A DNA stretch of 64,000 bases from Diplonema japonicum (taxonomy: Eukaryota > Protista > Euglenozoa: Diplonemea), in assembly GCA_964019335.1 (NCBI GenBank), contig OZ025719.1:62001-126000 (forward strand). The letters are read 5' to 3'. How positions within the stretch are numbered: position 1 is the first letter of the stretch; every line of letters starts with the position of its first letter. The notes beneath the pieces were generated by a model that searched no databases, was not told the DNA's origin, and saw only the letters and a program-made list of their open reading frames with translations. Position numbers and translations under genes: made by a program. Of this stretch, positions 41,635-52,656 are shown in pieces.

Positions 41635-43194
41635 ATGGAAGAGTTAAAAGCCGAGCTGGAGCAGCTTCAGAAGCAGCTGTCAGAGCGTAACAAGGAAATA
41701 GAAGGGCTTAAGAAGGCGCATCCGAAGCAAGTAGCATCTTTGTACACACCAACGTTTTTGAAACAGCTGGCTGTCCCGGAGACAAAAAACGTGATTATAA
41801 TAGGATGCGGCGGCGGCTTCGACTTCGTGCAGGCAATGCTACTCTACCCGGAGCTAAAAAAAATGGGTAAAAACATAACAATAGTGTCGAACAGCTTCAC
41901 AGACATAGGAGCGTTCCACGCAGATGACGCACCCATCGTGTGGGAAAGCGACGAGACCCACGTAAAAACGATAACCGCGAAATCTCAGCACCCATCGCCG
42001 AAATATCTCCCGGAAGTGCACCTTTGTACATTCCTCGATAGCACATACCCTGAAGAAGCTCCACATTCTTTGTACGGATGCAATGCTACAAAATGGTCTG
42101 TCCCAGGGCTGACCTCGTTTCTTCAATACATCTGTTCGGAACGTAAAATCGGGGCGGTCGTCACATTAGATGGTGGAGCGGACTCTTTACTTCGAGGTGA
42201 TGAAGGCGCGCTTGGCCACCCCATTGAAGACACCGTCACTGTGGGTGCCGTTGCAGCTCTCGGCGACGTCAAAGGCCACCGAAAGGTCCACGTGAAAGGA
42301 ATCGATGCTGCCCTGTCCGACTCAGAAGTTCTAGATTTTGCAAGGGAATCCGGTGAACTTATCGACGCGAAACTCGCAGATCCCAGACAAGGCAAACGGG
42401 GATCGAGAAAAATGAGATACGGGACCTTCGAATTCTCCAACCATGACGGAGCCTCATCATTAGTATCACGTGCTGGAACGCAGTTGGGTAGGTTTGTAAT
42501 CGCTTGTGAATGGGACCGAGGTGAAGCTCCTGTTCGCATATTAGTGTGTGCGAACCTTGGTGCGGACAGAGTATCCGGTGTGGCTGATACATCTGCCCTG
42601 CGGGGTATTTCCGAAATTACAAAAATCGGCGGGTATTTGGGTTCGGTTGGCATCGAACCAAGTTCGCCGATAATGTCGTTTTTCAACTCGCTTTTAGAAC
42701 ATATGGACTCCCACCCGCCGGGTCCTGGTTATTTTAAACCCCACCCGGATTCTCCCTCGAACGATAGGTCTTGCCGTGGTGCATTGCATCATGCCGAGGC
42801 TATGTGCACGCTTGGGATGGCCGTGGAAGGCTATTACGGGCCTGTTGGTCAGAAAGGAGATTTTGTGTGGCCTGTTATGTCTGTGTTGTGGGCATTTGAT
42901 CCGCAAGTGGTTGCCGAGCGTTCACTTATCTTGAGGTGGATCAAGGACGCGCCGTTGAATGAGGTGACGGCGAAATTTCAGCAGGGCCGCAGGCAGCTTC
43001 GGGATTTGGGTGCCATCGTGACACTAGAGTACGGTCGGGAGGGTCAGGTCGCCACCAATGGGGGTGGTATTGAGTCTTCTTTGAACCGGTCGCAGGTGTA
43101 CAATAGTTCACCGTCTGGTGAAATACCTACTTTTCACCCCATTGTTGCGAAGGATATGCTGAGCGCGTTGCGGACGTCTGCGCCCCTTTCGTGA
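41635..43194 (+). CDS. DUF1152-like protein with N-terminal coiled coil and an inserted RRM-like domain
   Basis: DUF1152-type motifs 'VIIIGCGGGFD', 'DGGADSLLRGDEGALGHPIED' and 'LGAD...GGYLG'; RNP2/RNP1-like 'KVHVKGI' and 'RYGTFEFSN' lie between them. Confidence 0.75.
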   Translation: MEELKAELEQLQKQLSERNKEIEGLKKAHPKQVASLYTPTFLKQLAVPETKNVIIIGCGGGFDFVQAMLLYPELKKMGKNITIVSNSFTDIGAFHADDAPIVWESDETHVKTITAKSQHPSPKYLPEVHLCTFLDSTYPEEAPHSLYGCNATKWSVPGLTSFLQYICSERKIGAVVTLDGGADSLLRGDEGALGHPIEDTVTVGAVAALGDVKGHRKVHVKGIDAALSDSEVLDFARESGELIDAKLADPRQGKRGSRKMRYGTFEFSNHDGASSLVSRAGTQLGRFVIACEWDRGEAPVRILVCANLGADRVSGVADTSALRGISEITKIGGYLGSVGIEPSSPIMSFFNSLLEHMDSHPPGPGYFKPHPDSPSNDRSCRGALHHAEAMCTLGMAVEGYYGPVGQKGDFVWPVMSVLWAFDPQVVAERSLILRWIKDAPLNEVTAKFQQGRRQLRDLGAIVTLEYGREGQVATNGGGIESSLNRSQVYNSSPSGEIPTFHPIVAKDMLSALRTSAPLS

Positions 43195-43585
43195 GTATTT
43201 TTGTTTCCCCCCCTTTTTTTTAATTCCTTTATGATTTTATATAACTATTGTGCAACTTGTACCAAACGCATATGGTTGTAAAGAATTTTTTGGAGGGATG
43301 TTTTTTTTGTTTTTTTGTGTGTTTTTTTTTTTTTTTTTTTAAATACATTAAATGTCATTTGGAAAGACGGAAGTTGGATGTTTTTTTTTTTTTTTTTTTT
43401 TTCTTTTTTTTTTTTCTCTTTTTTTTCTTATAGTAAACGAGCAGAGGGGGAAAAAAAAAAAAAAAAGAGAACAAAAAAGAAGGGGAAGATGGGGAAAATG
43501 AGAGAAAGAAAAAGAGCGGGGAAGGGGGAAAGAGACACGACTCCCGGCACCCTGGGTGTCCCCTCTTTTATTCTTGCCTTCTCTT

Positions 43586-43990
43586 CAGTCTTTTTATAAA
43601 GGGGTAGATAAGTAGAGACAAGGGGGACGTTCCAGAACAGGAACCTCCTTTATCTCATCTCTATTTTTTAACTCCAGCCAGATTTTCAAGTGTGGGAGTG
43701 AAAATAAGAAAAACAGGTGCAGATGAAAATTACTTTTATGAGTGAATATAAAGTACTTTATATTCACCCTAGCCCTACTCACTGGTACAGAAGGGCTCTT
43801 TGTCAATATGGGTCGCCTCTCAACAGAAGGAGAGAGGTGGGCTTGGCAAGAGGTCCTGTCAGCACCTGCACCACACAGGATATGCCTTGACACCAATATT
43901 TGTAACACCCCACACTTTCAAATCTGGCTGTCGTGAAATAAAACAACGGATTTAGTGAAAATAGATCCGATTTTCACTAAATAAATAGTT
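43586..43990 (+). mobile_element. Non-autonomous hairpin-ended element, Crypton-like (copy 2, opposite orientation)
   Basis: IR 43675-43698/43908-43930; 26-bp perfect palindrome 43742-43767; 13-bp terminal stem 43950-43982; end aaatagttatt matches copy 1. Confidence 0.65.
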
Positions 43991-44187
43991 ATTATTTTAT
44001 GAGTGCTTCTCCCCCCTCCCCCCCCTTTTTTTTCTGATCCCCATCATCGGTTTCCCTGTATCAAGGGACACTAGTTTATAGATCGAGTTTTCTTTTTTTC
44101 TTTCTTTTTTTTTTTGCTATATTCCCTACCCCCTCCCCTTTTGTGTGAGTGTGAGTTAAATGTCTCTTCTTTTTTTTTTTATTATAT

Positions 44188-44795
44188 GGGAAACAAACAC
44201 TGTTCACGGTAAGCAAATAACCTTTTTCCACCGTTTCCTTAAACCTAAAATGTTTTTTCCACCAAGTACGGTAACCTACAACTTTTTTTCCACCGTTACT
44301 GTAACCACCAAATTTTTCCCTTTGCAACTACAAACTTTTTTTCCACCAAACACGTTAACCATTTTTATGCCTGATTAGGGTTTGGGAAAGAACTTTGAGG
44401 AGTGACTGGGACTGAACCCAACCAGTTGAGAAATGCAGGTTGCAGCATTATGCCCAACCTTTCTCCAGTTGCTGCACATGTTCTTCCCCTCGCCGGCCTG
44501 CCTATTTGTGACTTTGTCACGATTGGTGGCCCGAGGCCATCCTTCACGTTTTCACAGGCAGAAAGGGGTGGACACAAAAAAAATCCAAAATTTCGAAAAA
44601 CTAAAAATGAGAACAATAGGAAGGTTTCATGGGAGAGAAACTTTATTTAAAAATACCGTTTTGGTGTAAAAAAAAAGTTATGATTACCGTACTTGGTGGA
44701 AAAAAAGTTCCAAGTTACCGTGAATAGAGGTAAAAATTCTGCTTACAGTACTTGGTGGAAAAAGTTATTTGCTTACCGTGAACGGTGTTTTTCTC
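44188..44795. mobile_element. Mutator/Foldback-like MITE, 608 bp, with 9-bp TSD
   Basis: TSD ttattatat at 44179-44187 and 44796-44804; long TIR (cactgttcacggtaagcaaataacctttttccacc / ggtggaaaaagttatttgcttaccgtgaacggtg); subterminal ttccaccaagtacggtaa repeats. Confidence 0.8.
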
Positions 44796-44908
44796 TTATT
44801 ATATTTATTATTTTTTTTTTTTTCTGACGTAACTTACGTGGTCACTCATCGCGCGAAATAAGATGAAATGATTTGTACATCAAAAAAAAAAAAAATAGAC
44901 ACGAAATA

Positions 44909-45028
44909 CCGGATTTGGACCTTTAAAAAAAAAAAACGGAAAAGTTACAAAAAATCCGGAATATTATTTTCGCCCGTTTGTTCCATATATATATATTCCG
45001 TAGTCTTCTTGGGGGCCCCGTTGCCCGG
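44909..45028. mobile_element. Second TA-flanked CCGG...CCGG short element
   Basis: TA|CCGGATTTGGAC...aaacggaaaagtt...CCCGG|TA. Confidence 0.4.
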
Positions 45029-45270
45029 TACCTAAAGAACCATATCAAAATACTCCCTCCTTTTTTTTTTTTTTTTTCAAAAATCCATAATTTATCATAC
45101 AAACCCTTTCCGCTCCAAGTTTTTTTGGATATTTTGAAAAAAAAAAAAAAAAAAGACGAGAACAAAAAGGAGGGGGAATGGGAGAACCCATAGTTCTCTC
45201 AGTCTTTGTTTAGCTGGTTAAGCGCAAATGCGCAGATCTTACATATACCGAGTTTGTTTGTTTTTCTTCT

Positions 45271-45318
<48 letters not shown>

Positions 45319-45319
45319 T
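45271..45319. repeat. (TTTC)n microsatellite
   Basis: Direct inspection. Confidence 0.95.
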
Positions 45320-45707
45320 TTGTTTGTTTGCTTTTTTCTTTCTCTTTTTTTGTTTTACGTGTATTTTTTTTCTTTTTTTTTCTTTTTTTTTTCTTTCCCC
45401 TCTTATCTTTTCATCTGCTGACAAAAGAAAAAAAGGAAAAAAGAAAAAAAAGGGGGGGGGGAACACTACAGCAATTCTCTCCACTTGTTTTAACAATATT
45501 ATTGTCGAGACTAAAAAACTGGATCATGACAGCGTAATGAGCTATTTTATTAAATAAAATTCCGCTCGTGCGCACAAACAAATGAGCCAAACTAGTTTTT
45601 TTTTTTCTCTTTTTTTTTCTTACTTCAACATCGGAAAGAGCCCGTAAGGGGGTGGTGGAGGGGAGAGGGAGAAAAAAAAAAGAGGCGGAAAAGAAAAAAA
45701 AAAGAAA

Positions 45708-45888
45708 ATGCTTCGAGGAACATCCCGCACGCTCAGCAAGAATTTCATGACTGAGCACAAAGCCTGGTTTCTGTTGAAGTTCACCCAATCAGAAGCGCGT
45801 GTGGTTGGGCTGAAAGAGGTGAAGGAGAAGTTTAAGGAGATCGCCATGAGTATCCACCCCGATGTGAGAAAGGTGTGCTCATCCCACG

Positions 45889-45933
<45 letters not shown>

Positions 45934-46427
45934 AGGAGACAGGTCCTGAGCAAGATTTCAGTCAAGTCATAGCCGCGCGTAATTACCTGATAGAAAATAT
46001 GCAAGGAATCATCATGAAGCGAAAGGTGCTGGAAGGCAGGAGGAATGCTCCTAGCCAGCACCAGTATCAACAACATCAACAGCATCGGCACCAAGATAGT
46101 AGCCAGCCCAAAATGCCTAGTCTCTCGAAAGTAAAGCGAAGGGTGAACACGTCACAGTCACCACCCAAGCCTCCCTCATCCCCTCGATCAGCTACTGATT
46201 CGTCGGCGTTTCATTCAGGAGCACCACCTCCACCGTCTGGCTATGCCGGACGAGCATCCACACCGCTTTCCTCAGCTCCTCCTCCTCCACCGCCTCCAGG
46301 TACTGGCGGTGACCCCATCGCTGAACCGATGGGGGCTGAAACCGAATTGAAAAAAAAAGTCCGAAGATTCGTAGCTCGGAAGCAAGTTCAAGAAATGTCC
46401 GCAGCTTGCCTCGGCAGACGTAGTTAG
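45708..46427 (+). CDS. J-domain (DnaJ-like) protein, probable mitochondrial presequence
   Basis: MLRGTSR leader; 'VKEKFKEIAMSIHPD...DFSQVIAARNYL' with the HPD motif; probable intron 45873-45935 (63 nt, poly-A, in frame). Confidence 0.7.
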
Positions 46428-46746
46428 AATGGAGGGTGGGAAAAAAAAAAAAAAAAAAAAAAAAGTCTAAACAGTTTGCTGCCACCGTTGAGTCGGAGGC
46501 TCTTATTTATTTTTTTTTGTTCTTCTATTTCGTGCTTTGTTTTCTTGGTCAAAAGTCCACCCCACTTTTTTTTTTTTTTTTTTTTTCCACCCTGCCCTTT
46601 TTTTATCAAGTAAAGTACCTGTTCCCCCCCCCCCTTTTTATTATTATTCTTTCTTGTTCGATCTGAAAAGCTTTTTTTTTTTCCTTCAAAACCTGTTCTT
46701 AAATTCCTACTTTTTTGGTGTGCATTGGGGGAGGGTTACCTTTTAA

Positions 46747-48451
46747 CCATCTACCAACGGACCATTTTTGCCCACCAGGGGGTAAATTTTCAAAACTTCA
46801 AAAAAAAAACTATTCTAGCGCAACGCCGGGGCTATATGCCCCCGGAAATGCCTCCCAATTCTAGAGAAGGTGCCCACAGCAGGGCCCACCCCCACAACAT
46901 TGTCAAAAATATCGTTCCCGAAGTGCTCGAGAGGGGGTACAAAAAACAAGTCAAAAAAAATCGACTGTAAAATTCTATAAAAAGCTATTTAAGGCCTTCT
47001 TGACGCGGTTCGTACGTGCCCCAGGGCTGGGGGACTTCTTTTTTGACCCCGAGAGGGGTTTCTGGGGGGTATCCCCGGCAAGGTGGTAGTCTTTGAAGCC
47101 CGGAGTCACGCAAAGTTGTACCAAGCAGGCTGAACACTGAAATAGGGTCTTTTCGGCCTCAGTGTGTTTCGGGGCATGGTATTGGGGCAGCCTGCTCTGT
47201 AGTTGACTTTAGCTGTTGTTTGAGCAGCCTCCCTAGTAGCCCTTCGATGACTGCCTCTTTGAAAGGCGTGAATCCACTGTCGCTCATACTCAGGGTGTTG
47301 GGGGGCAAGGCTTCTTTCCAAACAAGCCGGGCATTGCCAGAGATTTATCTAACAAGTACGAAAATACTTTCAGGGGCCACTTCGAAGTCATAAGGGTGCG
47401 TTTATGGCGTTTTGTCACAGCGTCACCCAGCGTCGGTTCCGCCCATTGCGGTGTTGTAAATATGCACTTGGTGGGGAGCGGGATGTCCTTTCTGGAGGGC
47501 CTCCGGCTTTCATTCTCTTTTGGCCGACACGCCAAATTTGACTTCACCAGAACATCCAACGTCGACAGAAAGCGCACGGGCTTGATGTCATGCCACGTTG
47601 TGGTGCAAAGGATGCTCACGTGCTGGTGGAACTGGGTGTCCCCACAGGGTGCGCGTCCTTGGGCTTGCGGCCTCGCTTCTTTGGGGCATCCGTGATCTCC
47701 GGGAGGCCTTTGCGATAGGCTTGTTTGTTTCGCTGTGGAAACACAGATTTCCCAGAATAGTCAAAAAGCGGTCTCTTGACATGACGGTGGCGTACCCAGG
47801 GGTGTGGTTGAGAGGCGTGGAGCCAGTGCGCCAGTAATCAGAATAATCTGGCTTGATATCCAAGTCCATCGACAAAAGGGCACCTAGGAAGGTACGCAGA
47901 GAAGCAGCATCGAGATCCAGGGAAACACCTTTTTTAGCCGCATTTGCCACATTGTTCGAAGTTATGACCCGAATAACGTTTGGGACGAGCATTTGGGAGA
48001 ATATATGGAACGGCGTTGAGCCTCTGATGTCAAAACAGGGTCCACAAGGATTCCGATCTTCACGAAACCGGATGCCTTCCAACTGCTCCGGCTTTGCCGT
48101 CTAATCACCCTGCTGTGACTCGGAATCGGTCGAATTCGAATCAGAATCACTGTTCGTATCAAAATTGCATAATAGGAATGAGCCATCAGTGCTACCATCA
48201 CTCATAATGTCCTCTTCCGGCCTCTTTCTGGGTGCCCTTTTTTGAAGTGATTTTTAAGGGTAAATTTGGGCTGGCGTTTTTTTTATTTTTTCATTTTCTT
48301 GCAAAGTTAGGGCAGCATTTAGTTTATATTTTTCATATTTTCCGCGCAGGACCCGGATGCGAGAAGTGTCCGGGCTGTATTGCATTGAAAGCCCTTTGCG
48401 CAAAAGATTTTTTTTCAAATCGTCTCTATAAAGACGCTCGTTGGTAGATGG
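46747..48451 (-). mobile_element. Decayed, internally deleted piggyBac transposon, 1705 bp
   Basis: TTAA at 46743-46746 and 48452-48455; 13-bp TIR ccatctaccaacg / cgttggtagatgg; transposase remnants on the - strand. Confidence 0.9.
47080..48205 (-). pseudogene. piggyBac transposase pseudogene (DDE_Tnp_1_7 family)
   Basis: ATG 48205 with in-frame TAG at 48101-48103; motifs 'FLGALLSM..DYW..VMSRDRFLTILGNLCF', 'WHDIKPVRFLST', 'YNTAMGGTD', 'KWPLKVFSYLLD' and C-terminal 'TLFQCSACLVQLCVTPGFKDYH' in shifted frames; central catalytic core missing. Confidence 0.85.
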
Positions 48452-48505
48452 TTAAAGACAAAAAGATCTTTTTTTGTGCAAAACCCAACTTCTAACCCTC
48501 CTTAC

Positions 48506-48552
<47 letters not shown>

Positions 48553-48609
48553 CTGTCCAAAGTCGCAACACCACCCCTACCCCCACCCCAGGTGTTGGCA
48601 TACACATTT

Positions 48610-48642
<33 letters not shown>

Positions 48643-48647
<5 letters not shown>

Positions 48648-50594
48648 AAATAAACCACCGCTTCCGTCAATCGATGAGATTTTAAAACTCTCGCAACTGA
48701 AGGAGTTTATGAGGGATGAGGTGATGGATGCCGTGAGCAAACCGGCGAACAGCAAGAAGATCTTGGCGGTGGACCCCAGCATCGTGGGGATGCTGATGTC
48801 TGTCCTGGACACCACAGACCTCGCAGCGGCGATGAAACCCACAGGCGTAGTCGATGTGCAACATCTCACCAACGACAAACTTACCGCCACACCAATGTCA
48901 CCAAGAAATGTCATATACATAGTACGAGCCAACATAACAGCCATGAAAGTCATTGCAAGACGAGCCAAAGAAGACGCTGCGGCGCATCGCAATGTTGACG
49001 TGTACATGGTTCCCCGAAAAACCCGAGTGTGTGAAAGAATCCTCGAAGAGCTGCGCGCAAAGGAACATATCAACACTCTTGCCGATCTCGAGCTTGATCT
49101 TCTTCCTATTGAGAGCGACTACCTGACGATGGACCTTGACAGTTGTTTCAGAGAGGTGTCTCTTGAAGGCGATGCTTCATCGTTGGCCCACATTGCAAAA
49201 AGTCTCATGAAATTCCAAGCGTTTTACGGGAATTTTCCAACGGTACGCGGGAAAGGCAAGCACGCGGAAATGGTTGCGAAAATGCTGCAAAGAATGAAAA
49301 GCGAAGTGGCGGAAGCGGAGTTCCGCACAGGTCAACCACCGGAGATCGAAGCGCTTTACATCTTCGACAGGGAGGTAGACTGTCTCACACCAATGCTAAC
49401 ACAAAAAACGTACGAGGGTTTGCTCGATGAATTCTACGGGATTAACGGACAGCTGTTCAAACCGCCGTTTGACGTTTCGGATGAAGACCCGAAACAAAAC
49501 GGGAAAACACACAAATTAACAAGCGAGAGCGACAAAGTGTTCAAATTGATAAGAGGCGTGCACTGGTCGAACCTCAATGTGGAGATAAAATCGTGCATTT
49601 CATCCGTCAAACTTCAAATCGACGAAAAAGAACGGCTTGCAGAACTGAAGGAAATGCGAGAGTACATGGGCCGCGTCAGTTCCATTGTTGATGAGAAAAC
49701 CCAATGTGCCATGCATCTCGCCATCGCTAAAGAAGTTTCCGAACTGGTAAACGGAAAAGATTTCGTTACGCTCTCAGACATCCAGCAAGACATGCTCAAC
49801 GGCGTCAATGAAAGCAAGGCCCTCGACTACATAGAGGAGTGTATTTTCAAATCCGAGCCTCTTCCCAAGGTTCTCCGGCTTGTTTGCATGCAATCCATGA
49901 CCTTCGGCCTCTCCCCAACAAAATACAGCTCTTTGAAAACCCAGCTCGTCCAAAACTACGGCATGCAGGTCCTCCTCACCCTGGATAATCTCGAACGGGC
50001 AAATTTAATCGATAGGTTTGATTTAAAAAAAAGAAGAAGAAAAAAAAAATTAGGAAGAAAGGCAGCACGGCAAATAGTTTTAAGTCGTGGATCAAATCTC
50101 AAATCGCGAACGAGCGGCCTGACGAAAAGGAAATGGCGCAGCCCAAGGATATTTCGTACGCTTATGGTGGGTGGGTTCCACCCTTGGCGAGGCTTTCTGA
50201 GATGGCTGTTACGGGAAAATTACAATGGTACCAATAAAAATTTATTTAAAAAAAAAAAAAAAATCAATAGGAATGCCATGGAAGCTGCTCTGAGTGAAAT
50301 ACCCGGCCCGACCTTCAGCTATAGCGAAGGGGGCTACGAAGATGGTCCTGTGGGGTCTCGCGTGATAATGTTATTCTTCGTTGGTGGGATCACCTATAGT
50401 GAAATGGCCTTGTTGAGGTTCATAAAGGTGTGTCAAAACGGTGCTTTTTAACCATAACTTAACGCCTTTTCTCTCAGGATCTAGCCAAAACTCGCTATGC
50501 TGAAGAGGGCATTGAGACTTCTGTAATTATAGCCACCACCAAAGTTGTGAACGGTACGAATTTTGTTGAGAAACTCTACGGTGCCCTTAGATAG
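48643..50594 (+). CDS. VPS33: Vps33, Sec1/Munc18-family HOPS/CORVET subunit
   Basis: 'DREVDCLTPMLTQKTYEGLLDE'. Removing introns 50016-50053, 50228-50270 and 50428-50477 restores 'PKDISYAYGGWVPPLARL', 'FFVGGITYSEMALLRF' and 'IIATTKVVNG'. Confidence 0.9.
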
Positions 50595-50799
50595 AAGAGA
50601 AAAAAAGGGGGGGGGGGAGAAATGAAAAAAAAGAAAAAGAGAAAGAAAAGAAAAAAAAATAGTGTTTTTTTTTTTTTCGTTCTTCTTTTTTTCCCTCGTA
50701 GTGATTCTCTTCGCTCTTTTGTTTCGTTTTCAGCAACAGTGTGTTTTTTTTTTTTTTTGTGTGTTTTTTTTTCTGGTTTGCTTTTTATTTGTTCCCACC

Positions 50800-50830
<31 letters not shown>

Positions 50831-50996
50831 CCAATCGTCGAAACTTTCTTTTCTTATTTTCTTGTTTTTGTCTTTTAAACCGATGCTTGCACCGTCTGTC
50901 TCTCCGTCTAGCAAGCTGTCTTCAGCGCGAGAAGAAAGGAAAAAAAAAAAAAAAAAAAAAAAGGACACATTTTATTTTTAGTTTTTTTTAGATGCG

Positions 50997-51640
50997 ATGA
51001 GCCACTCCGAAGAGATATTAGACTCCCCCGTTGGGCTCAACTTACAACTCCCGGGGCTGCAGTTGGGAAGGCCGGATTTAGGAGAAGGGCTGGTTGAATG
51101 GGAATCCATGCCACGACAGTGGAGGGAGGGACTGGCTGTAGTGAACAGCACGCCGGAGAAGAAAAAGCCAGTAAGCAAAGTAGGGATGAACCTGCCTTCA
51201 CCACCTGTACCGCCGCATAGAAAGGACATTCGAGCTCCGACACCAGATAGGGTCAAGACACCGCCAAAGGCCGCAACACCACCAACAAAACGGACGAGGT
51301 CTGTGCCGAAGAAGAAGCCCCCGCCACCTTCAGTCCCTACATGGGTCAGCAGATCCCCTAGCCCCGTGAAGAAACCACCGCCGCCACCGCCGCGCGAGGA
51401 CCCCTCTGCAACCATTGCCTCTCTCAAGGCGAAGCTTGCCACGGAGCAGGGCACCGTTGCAAAACTCACAGCCGAGCTGTCACTGGCTAACTCCAACTGT
51501 ACATCGTACCAAGCTGATCTCAACGCAGCACAAGAGACCATCCAAAGCCTCTCGGCAATGAACAACGAAGCAGCACAAGAGGCAGCTCAGCAAGCAGAAG
51601 AAATCAAACAACTGATAGACAGTCTTAATGAGGTACATCA

Positions 51641-51674
<34 letters not shown>

Positions 51675-52464
51675 ATAATAATAATAATAAATAAAAATAT
51701 AAAAAAAGGAACGCGATAAAGTCCGCGAGATGGGGGCGGTGAGCCCACGTGTAGTCTGGCAGCAGTCCCTGGACGACAAGGGAGGGATGCTTCAAGATTG
51801 GGAAGCTGCGTTGAGCGAAAAGCAAACCCTCATGGAGGACAGGGAGAACAACCTGCGTGAGTTGGAGACCTCCTTGAGGATCAAGGAGCGGTCCGTTCGG
51901 GACTTATCGACAAGAGAGGCTCTTCTAGTGCAGAAGGAAGATGTGTACAGCAACCTGCAGCTGCGAGAGTCCGAACTGAACATGTTCGATAGAGAGCTCA
52001 ACGCGAGAGAGTCCCGTCTTGCTGAACTGGAGGAACGTCTTGCCGAAGAAGAGCAGCGTCTTTCTTTAGACTGGAAGGAGCTGCAGCAGATGAAGGAGAT
52101 CGTGAAACGGTCTCCTGCGTTGAAGCAGCATGAGCTCACCCAACAGGAATCGCAGTTCAACAGAGACATGAGAGATAGAGAGGATCGTTTGCATGAAAAG
52201 GCCATAGAAATGGCAGCGTGGGAAAAACGGCTTTCTTCCATAGGCGGGAACAGCCCGCCAGAAGGGATCAAACTGCAGGTCTTACAAAAAACCCCGCAAA
52301 AAGAATTCAGCAGCTGCGGCGGAGGGGCCGCAGGCAGCAGCGGTGCGCAGCGCATCCTGAGCCACCTTTACGAGGAGGAATCGACACCGCGTACCTTCTC
52401 CCCGTCTCCCTTCACACCCTCTCCTTCCCGGTCTAAAATCCCTAGTTGGTCATTGACACAGTAA
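50997..52464 (+). CDS. Pro-rich plus long coiled-coil hypothetical protein
   Basis: ORFs 50997 and 51730 join in frame through intron 51633-51708 (GT..AAG, 76 nt, A-rich). Confidence 0.7.
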
Positions 52465-52656
52465 AATAGTAGTCCCCTCCCCCTCCCCCCCCCTTCTTTT
52501 TTTGTTTTTGTATGTTATATTTCACTCTTTCCCCGTTTTTTTTTCTTTTCAATGTATTTTCTCTCCCTGTTAAGTTTAAATTATATTCATGAACATATCC
52601 CCCCCCCCACCCACACAACACGAACCCAAGCGGAAGAGAAAAAAAAAAGTGGGGAA

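Noticed and set aside
43742-43936. 64-aa ORF with a signal-peptide-like start
   Set aside because: Starts at a GTG inside a palindrome of the hairpin element; no support as a host gene.
44374-44386. ttagggtttggg as a telomeric repeat
   Set aside because: Only one or two degenerate units inside a MITE.
50016-50477. Apparent frameshifts in Vps33, PARP16 and RPA2 suggesting pseudogenes or recoding
   Set aside because: Fully explained by canonical GT-AG introns that restore conserved motifs.
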